Virus record (IMG/VR): IMGVR_UViG_3300017598_000768
Coordinates: 35,833 to 99,832 of that record
DNA length: 64,000 nucleotides
Source: a virus
Direction: 5' to 3' (one strand)
In this document: positions 19,144-30,800 of the stretch, piece after piece
Layout of the letters: each line of letters opens with the position of its first letter
Position numbering within the stretch: the first letter of the stretch is position 1
Translations under genes and position numbers: made by a program
The notes under the pieces: model-generated
Told to the model about the DNA's origin: nothing
What the model saw: only the letters and a program-made list of their open reading frames with translations
Databases searched by the model: none

Positions 19144-19559
19144 TACCTCACTCTTTCGTAGTGGACCAGATCTTGAAAGTCCTGATCAGTAATCGGTTCG
19201 GCATCCATGTCCCAGTTCCCTCCCCACCTTATCTTTATACCAAGTTTCACCGCACAAGTCAAAACAATTCCTGCCAAGACGCAGCAGTGCAACTTATTCC
19301 ATGATATCTCACCGTTTATATAAGGCGCGGCATCAACAGCGTCTGACGGATCGCTGTTGTGCTTCCCATCAGGCCACTTCGCTCTTGACTTCTGTGGCCT
19401 GCCGTAGTAATACTCGTTTTGCTTCTTCTTCCCACGATGCCCACAAACGATCGCGATATCAATTATACCCATCGCAAGCGCTTCCCTCAATACCCGCTGG
19501 ACGTCGAGGTGGCATGTCCCAAGCCTACGCTCCGACGTTGCTCCATAATAGAATTTCAT
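19143..19559 (-). CDS. Endolysin, M15 zinc peptidase (L-Ala-D-Glu type)
   Basis: CGHR..Q, GKHN..AVD, IRWGGNW, DLVHYE. Confidence 0.9.
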   Translation of the reverse strand: MKFYYGATSERRLGTCHLDVQRVLREALAMGIIDIAIVCGHRGKKKQNEYYYGRPQKSRAKWPDGKHNSDPSDAVDAAPYINGEISWNKLHCCVLAGIVLTCAVKLGIKIRWGGNWDMDAEPITDQDFQDLVHYERVR

Positions 19560-19969
19560 GATGTGTCCTTCACTCCGGCCTTCTTAATAGCACTCAGTTT
19601 GTCTCGATCCGCCTGGTCTTTCATATACTGCTGTACCCGGCCCATGAACAATGTAAAATTACTGATGTGGACTTCAATCTTTTCAATATCAACCTTTGTC
19701 TCTCCCACATCACTTACAACCACATCGATTTTTCTGCATAGCGTAGAAGATAATACTTCATGCTTGTCTTCACAATCACCTTTATCAACCAGCTCTGCCG
19801 TAGACGGACACTTCTCTTTACAGTCGTCTTTCGTCATGAACCGAGCCTTGCTGATCGCAACAACCACCCCTCCCACAAAAATCGCTATCGCTATCAACGT
19901 TGACACATAATACAACGGGGTAGTTAAAATTGCTTGGGCCGCGTTAACAACTGCTCCATTATCCATCAA
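19556..19969 (-). CDS. Single-TM holin-like protein
   Basis: N-terminal TM plus coiled coil; coupled to the endolysin gene. Confidence 0.5.
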   Translation of the reverse strand: MMDNGAVVNAAQAILTTPLYYVSTLIAIAIFVGGVVVAISKARFMTKDDCKEKCPSTAELVDKGDCEDKHEVLSSTLCRKIDVVVSDVGETKVDIEKIEVHISNFTLFMGRVQQYMKDQADRDKLSAIKKAGVKDTS

Positions 19970-19980
19970 ATCTCACCTCC

Positions 19981-20361
19981 TTATGCTTCAACCAAGAAAC
20001 CAAAGAGGTCTACTGCGTTTGTCGCTCCACCAACATTTGTCCCAACGTCCATCTGAAATACAACTCCCGCCGCATACGTTTTGAGCTTGACTGGCGTGGC
20101 GACAGGGACTGGCTGCAAAATCACCATGTCTCCATCAGCATCCAAATTGGAAAGGGTCTGCGTATTGAGGAAATCGGTCAAAGCCCCAACCCTTCCAACA
20201 GTAACAGTAGTAACAGCTGCATCCGCTCCACATCTTACCACAAGCAAGATCGGAATAAACAGCTTCCCAACCGGCACAGTAAAAAGCGTGATCGCCGCTA
20301 TAGCGTCAAAAGGTACATTTGTGGTGCTTATCAACGTCAGTGCGTTTTCTTTTAACTCCAT
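19981..20361 (-). CDS. Hypothetical beta-rich virion-like protein
   Basis: Start at ATG 20361 after AAGGAGG. Confidence 0.65.
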   Translation of the reverse strand: MELKENALTLISTTNVPFDAIAAITLFTVPVGKLFIPILLVVRCGADAAVTTVTVGRVGALTDFLNTQTLSNLDADGDMVILQPVPVATPVKLKTYAAGVVFQMDVGTNVGGATNAVDLFGFLVEA

Positions 20362-20389
20362 TTCGCCCTCCTTTTGCAAGCGCTTGCAA

Positions 20390-20566
20390 TTAGCTGAATC
20401 TTACCAGGATCTCTCCTTCGTGAGTCACCACTTCTCCGTCGTGGACAATGACCCCAGTATGTAGGCTATTCACAAACGCTTCTATTAAATCAAAATTCGT
20501 CTGCACAACACTGATCCAACCAGACGTTCCGGTTGGAACTGTTTCAAGTACTAATTCTTCTGTCAT
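20390..20566 (-). CDS. Hypothetical tail-associated protein (58 aa; not in the ORF track)
   Basis: MTEELVLETV...GEILVRFS, preceded by AGGAGG. Confidence 0.6.
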   Translation of the reverse strand: MTEELVLETVPTGTSGWISVVQTNFDLIEAFVNSLHTGVIVHDGEVVTHEGEILVRFS

Positions 20567-20575
20567 AACAACCTC

Positions 20576-21988
20576 CTAAACGAGTGTCACCGTGATCTCT
20601 TCCACCAGCGAGGTGTAAGTCACTCCAACCTCTGCTATATAATTATACACCCGTATTGTCAAATCCTTCGGGCCTCCATCAGCAATATTCATCGCATCTG
20701 TGTATGTCCACGTCTCTGCCGTGATCCCAGTCGTCGATCTCACTACAGCAGCATCCATCAAGACGTCAACTCTGAACTCACCTTCATACGTACCCGGACT
20801 GTCAGTCTCTTCCGGCAGCTGGGAGCCTGCGCCCTGCCCTCTGACTCTTGCATCCCACGTCAATACAACATCTTCTCCACCATCATAGATCGGGTACTCC
20901 TCAGCCAGCTCGTCATTCGCCCGTAAATTTGCCACTGGATACGGCGCTTTTCCGCGTCCACGGATCGTTACGCTATCACTGGGAGCTTCTGATATATCCC
21001 CAAGCGCAAGCGTCGTGGCAGGAACTGGCTTGAAATATATATCCGATCCTACAAGCATGTTTGCGTCACCCTGTGAGAAAGCGGTCGTTCCTATAAACCA
21101 GAAATCTTCACCAGCTGCATGTTCTACGATTTCTGTGTCAAACCTCCCTCCCCAGATTCCTATTACATGATACCTGCCCGAAACTACTGGATCTGGGGTG
21201 ATCGTCTGAAAACAAACGATCTCTTCACCAATCAATGCCATGTTATACCCTGCAAATAGGGAATCTCGTGTTATCGATTCTACGCTGCTCCAATCTGCAT
21301 TATAACTCGCGTCGAACGTAAATCCCCATTTATCATCAATCCTCGTTCGGTCTGCTCTATATGCAGAAACCAGTGTGCCGTGGGGAATGAAGTTATTCAC
21401 CGCAACTAATGAAGTATACGACGTTCCTCCATCCAACGACATGTATAGGACATATCTTGCCTCCTTACCACTAACCCTTGCTGCCAGCGGAGTCACACGG
21501 ATCACATCGCCAACCAGAACATAAGGCGCTTCTAAAACCTTAAAATTAACTAACGGGTCCACATCCAGCAGGCTCGCATCAGGTGATGAATGGCTGCTGT
21601 ACCCACTGCTGTCATATACCGAAACTGCCGTCGTCACGTAATTCGGATCTCTGATGCACGTGATCGTGAGAAATTCGTCGTCCAACGCTCCTTCATCTAT
21701 CTCTTGTATTCTCACAACCATGTCAGTTATCCCATACTTCGTTGAAGACCACTTAAAACATTGTCCCGGATACAAATCAAATGCTTCTCTGTTTACTTTT
21801 AATCTCACCTCAAACGCTGGGAAGCACAACGACCTCACAGCTCTGTCAGCCGCCCACAGAGCATTTTCAGTGTGCGTAAAATACATCAGCTTAATACTCT
21901 TGTGGTTGATCTTCCCAAGAAGCTGCAAGTTGGCAATGTCATCGACCTTGATGGTCTCCGCCTGTATGTCGTAGTATTCATCAGCCAT
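20576..21988 (-). CDS. Tail tip/host-specificity protein, C-terminal half encoded as a separate gene
   Basis: AADRAVRSL..PAFEVRL..DLYPGQ..VVRIQEI; NMALIGEEIV.F..GRFDT...HAAG, typical of GTA/TipJ-like tip proteins. Confidence 0.7.
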   Translation of the reverse strand: MADEYYDIQAETIKVDDIANLQLLGKINHKSIKLMYFTHTENALWAADRAVRSLCFPAFEVRLKVNREAFDLYPGQCFKWSSTKYGITDMVVRIQEIDEGALDDEFLTITCIRDPNYVTTAVSVYDSSGYSSHSSPDASLLDVDPLVNFKVLEAPYVLVGDVIRVTPLAARVSGKEARYVLYMSLDGGTSYTSLVAVNNFIPHGTLVSAYRADRTRIDDKWGFTFDASYNADWSSVESITRDSLFAGYNMALIGEEIVCFQTITPDPVVSGRYHVIGIWGGRFDTEIVEHAAGEDFWFIGTTAFSQGDANMLVGSDIYFKPVPATTLALGDISEAPSDSVTIRGRGKAPYPVANLRANDELAEEYPIYDGGEDVVLTWDARVRGQGAGSQLPEETDSPGTYEGEFRVDVLMDAAVVRSTTGITAETWTYTDAMNIADGGPKDLTIRVYNYIAEVGVTYTSLVEEITVTLV

Positions 21989-24285
21989 TATTTCACCCTA
22001 AATGTTTTCATATATCCATCAGTTGAAACGCCTGTATAAACAACCGCAAATATCTGCTGACTGATTTGAACAATGTAAGGATTTGCTCCAAGCCCTAACC
22101 CTGTGTCAAGTGTGAGATCATCCAAATCATCCCCGATTATGCCAAGAGATGAAATTTTCATTGTTTGAATTTCCAAACTGTTTGAATATGCGTGAGCCCT
22201 GACATGACCCTCACCAAGAACGTGATGCAAATTGCTGTGGGATGCAAACTTCAATTTTTCATCCATCTTTGTGATGGCTCCGCCACTGCCAATTTTATAT
22301 GTACCAAACCTTTCATCTCCGCCTGTGATCTGATAAAATGACGCAACCCCGTAAAACCCCCCCTTAATGTCCCTTAAAAAATGACCTTCACCAACAGGCA
22401 ACCCGGTTGGTGACAAATAAATGTTCAACCTGTCACTGACACCTGTGAAAGTCCCGGCTGCTGAACATCCGATTGTGACCAAATCAATCCCATACCTGCT
22501 CGGCCCTGCCGGGGCTCTTATGTATTGCTGCACAACAATTTCATCTTGAAATCCAAATCCCCTTTCATGCAATTCAATGGCAAAAGTATTGCTTGACCAT
22601 GCTGCTGTCGGCCTTGTCCAAATCTGAAGGCTGTCAATTTCTGCTGAAATATTTCCCAAAACATCAATTCCCCAACTTGACAAAAACACATGGCCTGAAA
22701 CCCCATGCATATAAGGAACAATAAATGTGCCGAATGCTTCACTGAAATGACATATTAAATCTGTTCCGCCCACTTGAGATGCATTGACGGAAATTGCCTG
22801 ACTGTCAATGATTGATTTAGCAATTGTTCCATCATCATTGATCTTGAATGTGAAAAGTTCCGGCCTGTTGTTGTTGGATGATTGAATATATACCACAAAT
22901 ATTGCATGGTCTGATCTAAGATAAGCCCGCTTTATATCCCCCATATTACTGAAACCAATTGCCGGGTTCCATGTGTCAATATAAGGTTCTGTGATTTCCC
23001 CGTCTGTTGCGATTTCAACTGTCCTGACAGTGTTTGTGCTATAATAAAAGATCACATAAATATTGCCCATGACATGCCTGATGATCTGGAACAATGATTG
23101 AGTCGTGTCATATTCATAAAAATCAATTTCACCTTTAATCTCACCTTGGAACACCACAAAGTTGTGATTAATCTTACTATACAGCACTTTGAGATCATTG
23201 AACGTGTCCTCCCATGATCCCACGTTAAGCACCGGAACTTCCGCAACCATGTCGTCGTCAATCGTCTCCATAGATGACACAGACACATCATCACGCAGGA
23301 CTCCCAGCTGTAGCTCTCCCTCGACCTCAACTAAGGAGGCTCCAACATGAGTCATTATTCCTTCTACGTATGACTCCGCATTGATCTGCCTGTTCATAAG
23401 CAAACTCACCCCAACATAATCAGTGCCCTTGAAATAATTTGCCGTTGATGCAAATGTCACTGCGTCCAGAAGCGCTGTTGGCATACCAACATGATTCTCT
23501 GACAAATACCATATCGCATGCGCTGGATTGTAATCTATATCATTGATCTTCGCCAACGAAGCCGATCCTATGGCTGAAATTTCGGGCCACTTGCCCAAGA
23601 CTATCTTAACGGATGGCGCTTTTGCATAACTTCCTATCATAACATCATCAAAACAAGCATACACCATTCCTCTGTACGCCGAGCTATAATTTGAATCTTC
23701 CAATGCAGCCGTGGCTTTCGCATTCGGGATCTGGTTATTCGTCCCAAAGTAAAAAGTCATTGAACCTAAATTCTGACCAGAAGTATCTCCAAGCTGAACT
23801 GTCTCCTCCCCGTCTGCATCGTCGTCTGTTAATTCGCCGTACCACACTACCGCATCATTAAACAAAACTGAAAATAGAACTTCTGCCGGATCTGGACCAT
23901 AAGAAAACGACAGGAGCCAAGACAGATAATGCTGATAGCCTACAACCACCGTCTGCGTCTCTTCACCTCCCCCACCTTTAGCCCCCGGCGTTGACTGTTG
24001 CTCAGTTATCTCCACTACTCGATGTCCCCAGTTATGAATAATATTTCCGGCGACCTTTACTGTTCCAACAAAATCAGGCAGGGGATCTCCGTACCCAGCA
24101 AGCGTAATATCCAGAGTATCAAGCTGTGAAGAACCAGCCGTATCAGATGCGTCCGGATCTATTGCACTGACCATCGAGCCGATCGCCATCCCAGCAGCAA
24201 ACCCGATTACAGCACCTGCCGGGCCTCCAATAAAGAAGCCAGCAACGCCTCCAATTACTCCAGTCAGTAGTCCTTTTCCACTCAT
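21988..24285 (-). CDS. Tail tip protein, N-terminal half plus variable C-terminal domain (copy B)
   Basis: YGDPLP..GTVKVAGNII, SAYRGMVYA, NPAHAIW; first ~375 aa are paralogous to 24288-26552. Confidence 0.8.
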   Translation of the reverse strand: MSGKGLLTGVIGGVAGFFIGGPAGAVIGFAAGMAIGSMVSAIDPDASDTAGSSQLDTLDITLAGYGDPLPDFVGTVKVAGNIIHNWGHRVVEITEQQSTPGAKGGGGEETQTVVVGYQHYLSWLLSFSYGPDPAEVLFSVLFNDAVVWYGELTDDDADGEETVQLGDTSGQNLGSMTFYFGTNNQIPNAKATAALEDSNYSSAYRGMVYACFDDVMIGSYAKAPSVKIVLGKWPEISAIGSASLAKINDIDYNPAHAIWYLSENHVGMPTALLDAVTFASTANYFKGTDYVGVSLLMNRQINAESYVEGIMTHVGASLVEVEGELQLGVLRDDVSVSSMETIDDDMVAEVPVLNVGSWEDTFNDLKVLYSKINHNFVVFQGEIKGEIDFYEYDTTQSLFQIIRHVMGNIYVIFYYSTNTVRTVEIATDGEITEPYIDTWNPAIGFSNMGDIKRAYLRSDHAIFVVYIQSSNNNRPELFTFKINDDGTIAKSIIDSQAISVNASQVGGTDLICHFSEAFGTFIVPYMHGVSGHVFLSSWGIDVLGNISAEIDSLQIWTRPTAAWSSNTFAIELHERGFGFQDEIVVQQYIRAPAGPSRYGIDLVTIGCSAAGTFTGVSDRLNIYLSPTGLPVGEGHFLRDIKGGFYGVASFYQITGGDERFGTYKIGSGGAITKMDEKLKFASHSNLHHVLGEGHVRAHAYSNSLEIQTMKISSLGIIGDDLDDLTLDTGLGLGANPYIVQISQQIFAVVYTGVSTDGYMKTFRVK

Positions 24286-24287
24286 AA

Positions 24288-26552
24288 TTATTGCACTTTA
24301 TAAGTATTGATTGCTGCTGTAGCACCCCTTGCACTCGCATATATAGAACCATCCACATTAACCAATGCACAGTATTGTGAGCCTCCCAATGCTCCAGACT
24401 CGGTGAAGTTGCACTTCTCAATGAGAGTGATAGTTCCGTCGCTTTCAACTTTTAATGATCGTAAATGAAAATCTGGCTGCACAGACGGCGGACCGCTGTA
24501 ACCTACAAGAACCCCATTACCAAGCGCGTTTAAAAATCGCTGATGAACTACATACGTATCTAAGTCTTCAGAATCCTCAAGCGCAAGTGAGGAACCTCCA
24601 GTCACACTTACCGCCTTGAGTTTTCCGCCTGAAGTGTGCAATCCATATCCAACCAAACATCCTGAAAACCCATCTATGTCAGTAATGATCTGAGGGGTTG
24701 CATAATAATATATTATCGAATCCCCGGCTGAAATATCAAGCGAATCTAACTCTGCCGCGAGAGTATTACCAGTACTGAGTAATTTCACCCTCACAACAGA
24801 AGGAGAGCCTGTTACATAAGTGATAACACTTACACCCTCTGAAAGTCTTGCTATTGATGGCGCTAAGCCATCAGCACCAAGCTGATATTGATAGCCTGCA
24901 CCTCCATTTTGTGTGACCAAACCAATGAGTCCACCAGCAGAAATAGAAAATATCTCAATTCGTGCAGATCCAGAAAATCCTTCATAAATAGCTGCATATT
25001 CAGACCCTTTAACCCTTGTGAAAGTCTCCATTGAATACCCACTAATTGAACGGCTCGGTCTTGAATACTGATCTATATAGCTTTTCGTTATCGTTCCGTC
25101 ATCGGCGATGGTAAAAGTTACAATTTCTGCGTTACTCCATCCAACACCTTTTAAAACTGCAAATATATTAGTACTGCCAAGTACTTTTAGAAACCCACCA
25201 TTCTGTGCAACGCCTGCGTCCAAATTCCATGAATCTATCAAACTTCCGATATTACCATCAGAATCTATATCGAAAGTCTTCAGCCACATGCTTGCTGAAT
25301 TACGTCTGTACAGGACTGCAAAAACATCACCGTGAACATTCAATAAACTGTGATCCATCGCAAAAATTGAATCATGGACCCACGAATCGATGGCACCACA
25401 AGCTATTTCTCCGCTAAACGTTGTAAAGTTATGATTAATCTTACTGTAAATCACTTTTAAGTCGTTGAATGTGTCTTCCCACGACCCAACATTTAGCACT
25501 GGAATTTCCGCAACCATCGCATCATCAATTGATCCCATGGAACCTATATCAACATCGTCTCGCAGAACGCCCAGATGCAACTCTCCTTCAATCTCAGACA
25601 GGGACGCTCCTACATGAGTCATTATCCCCTCAACATAAGACTCTGCCACCACTTGACGGCTGATGAGCATACTGATCCCAACATAGTCCGTCGCTTGAAA
25701 ATAACCCGCTGCTGCTGTAAACGATGCGGCATTCAAAAATGCTGTCGGAACACCAGAAAGGGTCTCCGCCAAATACCATATTGCAAATGCTGCGTTGTAG
25801 TCTATGTCATTAATCTTCGCCAACGAGTCTGACCCTATCGCTGCTATCGAAGGCCATTTACTCATGACAAACTTAACAGACGGGGCTCTGGCATAGTCGC
25901 CAATCATAACGTCGTCAAAACAGGCGTAAACCATTCCGCGATAAGCAGAACTGTAATTCGCGTTACTAAGAGCAGCTGTAGCTTTTGCATTCGGCGCTTG
26001 ATTACTTGTCCCAAAATAGAACGTCATCGAACCAAGATTCTCGCCAGATTCAGAACCAAGCTGAACCGTCTCTTCACCATCAGCGTCGTCATCGGTCAGC
26101 TCCCCATACCACACAACTTTATCGTCGAACAGGATAGAGTGCAACACTCCCGCTGGGTCTGGCCCATACGCAAGAGCATGTACCCACGACAGATAATGCT
26201 GGTATCCAACTACTACAGTCTGTGTCTCTTCGCCTCCTCCCCCTTTCGCTCCCGGCACTGACTGCTGTTCCGTTACCTCCACTACTCGATGGCCCCAGTA
26301 TTGGATAATATTTCCTGCAACTTTCACAGTTCCTAAAAAGTCAGGCAATGGGTCTCCATACCCAGCCGTTGAAATATCCATCGACTGCGTCTGTGAAGCA
26401 CCCGGAGTATCGACAGCATCTGGTGTCGTCGCATCAACCATCGCTCCTACTGCCATTCCAGCAGCAAAGCCTATCACTGCCCCAGCTGGGCCTCCAATAA
26501 AAAACCCAGCGACTCCTCCTACTAAACCTGTTACTATACCTTTTCCGCCCAT
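24288..26552 (-). CDS. Tail tip protein, N-terminal half plus variable C-terminal domain (copy A)
   Basis: Same N-terminal motifs; follows the NlpC/P60 gene as in lambda K-I-J and GTA tail modules. Confidence 0.8.
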   Translation of the reverse strand: MGGKGIVTGLVGGVAGFFIGGPAGAVIGFAAGMAVGAMVDATTPDAVDTPGASQTQSMDISTAGYGDPLPDFLGTVKVAGNIIQYWGHRVVEVTEQQSVPGAKGGGGEETQTVVVGYQHYLSWVHALAYGPDPAGVLHSILFDDKVVWYGELTDDDADGEETVQLGSESGENLGSMTFYFGTSNQAPNAKATAALSNANYSSAYRGMVYACFDDVMIGDYARAPSVKFVMSKWPSIAAIGSDSLAKINDIDYNAAFAIWYLAETLSGVPTAFLNAASFTAAAGYFQATDYVGISMLISRQVVAESYVEGIMTHVGASLSEIEGELHLGVLRDDVDIGSMGSIDDAMVAEIPVLNVGSWEDTFNDLKVIYSKINHNFTTFSGEIACGAIDSWVHDSIFAMDHSLLNVHGDVFAVLYRRNSASMWLKTFDIDSDGNIGSLIDSWNLDAGVAQNGGFLKVLGSTNIFAVLKGVGWSNAEIVTFTIADDGTITKSYIDQYSRPSRSISGYSMETFTRVKGSEYAAIYEGFSGSARIEIFSISAGGLIGLVTQNGGAGYQYQLGADGLAPSIARLSEGVSVITYVTGSPSVVRVKLLSTGNTLAAELDSLDISAGDSIIYYYATPQIITDIDGFSGCLVGYGLHTSGGKLKAVSVTGGSSLALEDSEDLDTYVVHQRFLNALGNGVLVGYSGPPSVQPDFHLRSLKVESDGTITLIEKCNFTESGALGGSQYCALVNVDGSIYASARGATAAINTYKVQ

Positions 26553-27029
26553 TTATTTTTTAATCCTAAACCCAGTCGAGAGTCGGTCTATCTCAAGACG
26601 TAGGCTATTTTTTAAAACTCGACTTCTTGCAAGCGCTTGCCACACATACCCATCAAAATAAATAGTCGCATGTGCTGCCGCCCTCCCATATCTAAAAAGC
26701 AGTATGTCTCCATTCATAGGCGGAGTGACCCGTGGATCAAATTCTTCACAGAAAGGGAACTGATTAATCCCTTGGCTTAACAGCTCGCTCGTTCTGTGTA
26801 AGTGCCAATCAGATGCATAGTCTGGAACCACGAACTTACTCAGGACTCCGACTTCAACCATCACTCTTCCTACGAAATGGATACAGTCAACTCCCTTCCC
26901 CTTCACCGCAGTCTTATGTTTATACGGCGTACCTTCCCATGACTTCAAGATTGTCAGCAGCTGTTGCTGCTTCTTTTCTGACTCAAAAAAGTTCGTTAAG
27001 CCAGTGCTGTCGTTACTGGATTGTCCCAT
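26553..27029 (-). CDS. NlpC/P60 (C40) tail-associated peptidase
   Basis: SWEGTPY, GVDCIHFV, GDILLF, HATIY; start codon uncertain. Confidence 0.9.
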   Translation of the reverse strand: MGQSSNDSTGLTNFFESEKKQQQLLTILKSWEGTPYKHKTAVKGKGVDCIHFVGRVMVEVGVLSKFVVPDYASDWHLHRTSELLSQGINQFPFCEEFDPRVTPPMNGDILLFRYGRAAAHATIYFDGYVWQALARSRVLKNSLRLEIDRLSTGFRIKK

Positions 27030-27832
27030 GGAACCTCTGTAAACCCTAAAAAATTAAGTACGTTGTCAAACTTCTCATAACACATCTCTACCGTCCCATC
27101 ACAGCCAGCAAAAACTGTCACTGTGTGACCTGCCTCCAGCCCCGGAATTGCGTATCTTAGATAGAAATCGGCACCGTCTTGCTTCGCAATCATTCTTTTG
27201 TAGTTTCCATATTGCGCAAATCCATATCTCGTCCAATTATCAGTGCTCTTTCCAGCAGCAATCATCAACGTCTCTATGTCTGTCGACTCAAAATACAATC
27301 CATCAGACGATATAGCTGACACAACTCCCGAAAAATCGTAATCAGTAGAAACTATTCCGCACGGAGTCGTGTAAAGCAGGTGATTACATGTCGCCTGGTA
27401 TCGATATTGTGGAACTGCTTTCTTGAAGAGACCCTTCAGACCAGACGCAGTCACTTTCAATGACAATCCTTCAAAACTCGCCGTCTTTACTCTTCCAACA
27501 AATCTTATGTTGGCTTCGAACGGACTCATATCACGGTGGATCTTCATGATCTTAATCCACACCGTATCTACAATCGTCTGGTCTATGTAATCACTCATCG
27601 GCTCCCCGACATCTATGAAGTCAATCGTCACCTTCGATTCTTCCATCGTAGACGTCTGTCGGAAGCTGCCTCGCTTGATCGTCGCCGGAAGATACGTATC
27701 TCCGTCATATACCACTGCAACATCTCCGGACGTGAAATACTTATCTACAATTCCTGTTTGCCACAGGTGGTATAGCTCTGCCGGTCGTCGCTCCTGATCT
27801 TTTTCCGCATCTATGAAATCTTGGCTTACCAT
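26996..27832 (-). CDS. Baseplate hub protein (BR0599/DUF2163-like)
   Basis: YQATCNHLLY..CG; AGCDGTVEMCYEKFDNVLNFLGF. Confidence 0.88.
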   Translation of the reverse strand: MVSQDFIDAEKDQERRPAELYHLWQTGIVDKYFTSGDVAVVYDGDTYLPATIKRGSFRQTSTMEESKVTIDFIDVGEPMSDYIDQTIVDTVWIKIMKIHRDMSPFEANIRFVGRVKTASFEGLSLKVTASGLKGLFKKAVPQYRYQATCNHLLYTTPCGIVSTDYDFSGVVSAISSDGLYFESTDIETLMIAAGKSTDNWTRYGFAQYGNYKRMIAKQDGADFYLRYAIPGLEAGHTVTVFAGCDGTVEMCYEKFDNVLNFLGFTEVPWDNPVTTALA

Positions 27833-27839
27833 TCCTCAC

Positions 27840-30800
27840 CTACGTCGTGGTGGTTGTAGTCGTGGTTGTCGAGTAAGCTGGATCTGAGAACGTGATCAAC
27901 GCATCGTCATTACTGTAATAGGTTGCTTTAATCCATTCATCAGCTCGAACGATTTTTGAGAGTCTTATTTCATCAAGCTCACCAGCATACTCCCTTTCGT
28001 TTCCTAAGTCGTCCTGTGCACCTATTCTAAAGTCCTGCGTATGTGTATCAAGAGCACTTGTCTGGGTGTTGTCTGTACCCTGTGAAACTCCATTTCTCCA
28101 CAGTTCGCTACCAACCCCAGCTTCAAACGTTCCAGCTATGTGCTGATATCCTGACGTGTGTCCAAGCAAGGTTAATACGAAATTATAAGTGCCTGAATCC
28201 ATGTGAACCGCAGCAATCTTATTTGATGTCGTTTGATAGTAAAGGCAGAAACCATCAGCCGCCCCATCATTATACCTACCAACGACGATCATGTTCACAC
28301 CGGGAGTAATTCCTTCTATTATGGCTTCCAGAGTATAATCGTCATCCATATCCAACGACGAGTCGTCACCATGGTCAATCCAATCCCCAGACCCGTCAAA
28401 GTCAATCGCTTTTCCTATTGCTCCGTCTACCAAATCTGCACTTGTCATACCTGCCGTTGCTTGACCATGATTCTCATTCCGCGTCGAGTCTTTTATAAAA
28501 TCTGCCGCTCCCGAACTCGGGTCTTGTGCCATGTGGCAGACCAAGATAAAATCATCATCCCAGACCTGTTCGCACGTTCTGGCAAGCCATTCAATTCCGT
28601 CAAATGAATGTGTATGACACCCTCTATAAGGGCCAGCATTTCCAGAATACCACATCTCATATCGATCAGTGTCCTTAACAACTGTCGGTCGTACAACTCC
28701 ATTCCAGTCAACCAAAGGAAGTGAATTTATATCGAGCGAAAGCTGATGACTTGACCAACTCGTTCCATTAGCCGAAGCACAGTAAAGGATTCTCCAGTTA
28801 GAACCGTTAAACCCTCCATACCACAGCTTATATGTGGAGCCATCTTTAATAACACAAGGCCATTGAGAACGTTGCGAATCGTATGTTCCTTCGGCTCCTT
28901 CTTTAAAGCAAAGGGTGTGACCTGTCCAACTCTTTCCGTCAGACGACGTGCAGTAAATTATAGAGTAATTCACCACTGCATTCTTTCCTGAGTACCACAT
29001 CTTGTAAGTTGCGCCGTCTTTGATAACAGCACAGCACCCTGCGGAATCAGTATCGTATGTTCCTTCATCCGAAAGATCTACAACCATCTCATGGTTTGAC
29101 CAAGTTTTACCATCAGATGAATCGCAATAAATTACTCTATTATTAGAACCATCATATCCTTGATACCACATTTTATAAGTTGAGCCATCTTTAATTACCC
29201 AAGGATCAAGTGCTCTGTCAGTGTCATAAGTACCTTCATCTCCGATGTCTACAACCATTTCAAAATTCGACCACGATAACCCATCTTCAGAATCGCAGTA
29301 AATAATTCTATAATCTGAGCCATCAAATCCGCCATACCACATCTTGTAAGTGCCGTCGTCTTCTTTTAAGACATGCGGTCTTAGTATGTGTGTGGTGTCA
29401 TACGTACCTTCGGAAGAGAGATCCACCACCATAGAAATTTGATGTCCGTCAGTGTCCCCTACGTAATCATAATTTTTAAGCTGGGCTGAATCATAATATA
29501 AATACAACGTCGTGGTAGTTCCAGCATAAACACTCGGAACCTTGACCCATAACCATGCATCCTCGTCGGCATCCACCCAACGCTCTATTTCTACGTGACA
29601 CTGACTCAGCCCATCACATTCTGTCACTGCAATTTTAAATCGATTAGCGTCAGAAGCCAGCTTGTCAAAAACATCCGTGACGTCTTTGCTCGTGATCCCA
29701 GACGAAGATGACAGGTAGATCAGAACCGGGAAGTCAGACAGGTTCGAATCTACATTCGTATTATCGACTTCAAGCTCAATCCTGTTTGCCCAGTCACCGA
29801 GCCACTGTCCTTGAGCCACCGTCGTAGTGGTCGTCGACGACGTGCTCGATGTGGTCGTGCTCGTTGTGCTCGTCGTGGTGCTGGACGACGTTGTGGTCGA
29901 TGACGTGGACGAAGTGGAAGTCGAGGTCGTCGTCTGGGTGACCGTCGTGCTCGTGGTCGACGAGGTAGTACTGGTCGTGGTCGAAGTCGAGGTAGACGTG
30001 GAAGTGGTCGACGTGGTGCTGGTCGTGCTGGTCGTCGAGACAGTCGTACTGGTGGTCGAGCTGGTCGTGGACGTCGATGTGGTGCTGGTCGTGGTCGATG
30101 ACGACGTGGTGGATTCTGTGACGGTCGTCGATGTGGTGGACGTCGAAGTCATCGTCGTGGACGTTGTCGACGTGGACGTGGTCGAAGTCGAGGTCGTACT
30201 GGTCGAAGTTGAGGTCGTCGACGTAGTCGTCGTGCTGGTCGTAGTCGTGCTGGTCGTAGTCGTTGAAGTGGTGGTCGTCGTTGTTGGTCCGCGCGTATCG
30301 ATGCGTGGGATCGAGGTTGTTCTTAGCGTCACCTCGGACACGTCCTCTGTTAGATATTCAATTCTGAGCGTGTCGTCTGCAAACCTTGAGATCGGCATGA
30401 GCGATGCAAGCAGATATCCAAGTTCTTCCGCAGTACAGTTAAACCCAGTCGGCCCGCTGAGCTGCAACGACGTTGGCGTTGGAGCACTGAGAATATTTCT
30501 CGTAACCTTCGTTCCGTCCGGAGCAAACAAGAAAATATTACTTCCAGCCGGTCCGACCTCATATCCTAAATCCCAGTACGTATCCCAGTCTATGTCCTCA
30601 ATGTCAATAATCGAGTCTGCTGCACCAACAGCTGATGTCACCTCAATATCTCTCTGCCACGACGGAAAATAAAACTTCTTCCATTTTCCACGCACAAAGT
30701 CGAAAAACTTGATCAGTTCGTACAACTCCGCCTTGCTGCCGAACGTGTACTTTGCCTCAATCCCTGTCAAACTTTCGAGATACGAGAAGTCTACCGTTTC

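Noticed and set aside
21988-26552. Diversity-generating retroelement or invertase shufflon for the tail-tip pair
   Set aside because: No reverse transcriptase, recombinase, adenine-specific repeat pair or inverted cassette was seen.
29827-30672. Poly-Val plus-strand ORFs (also 14969-15172, 37131-37331, 37484-37684)
   Set aside because: They are antisense shadows of the Thr/Ser tracts.
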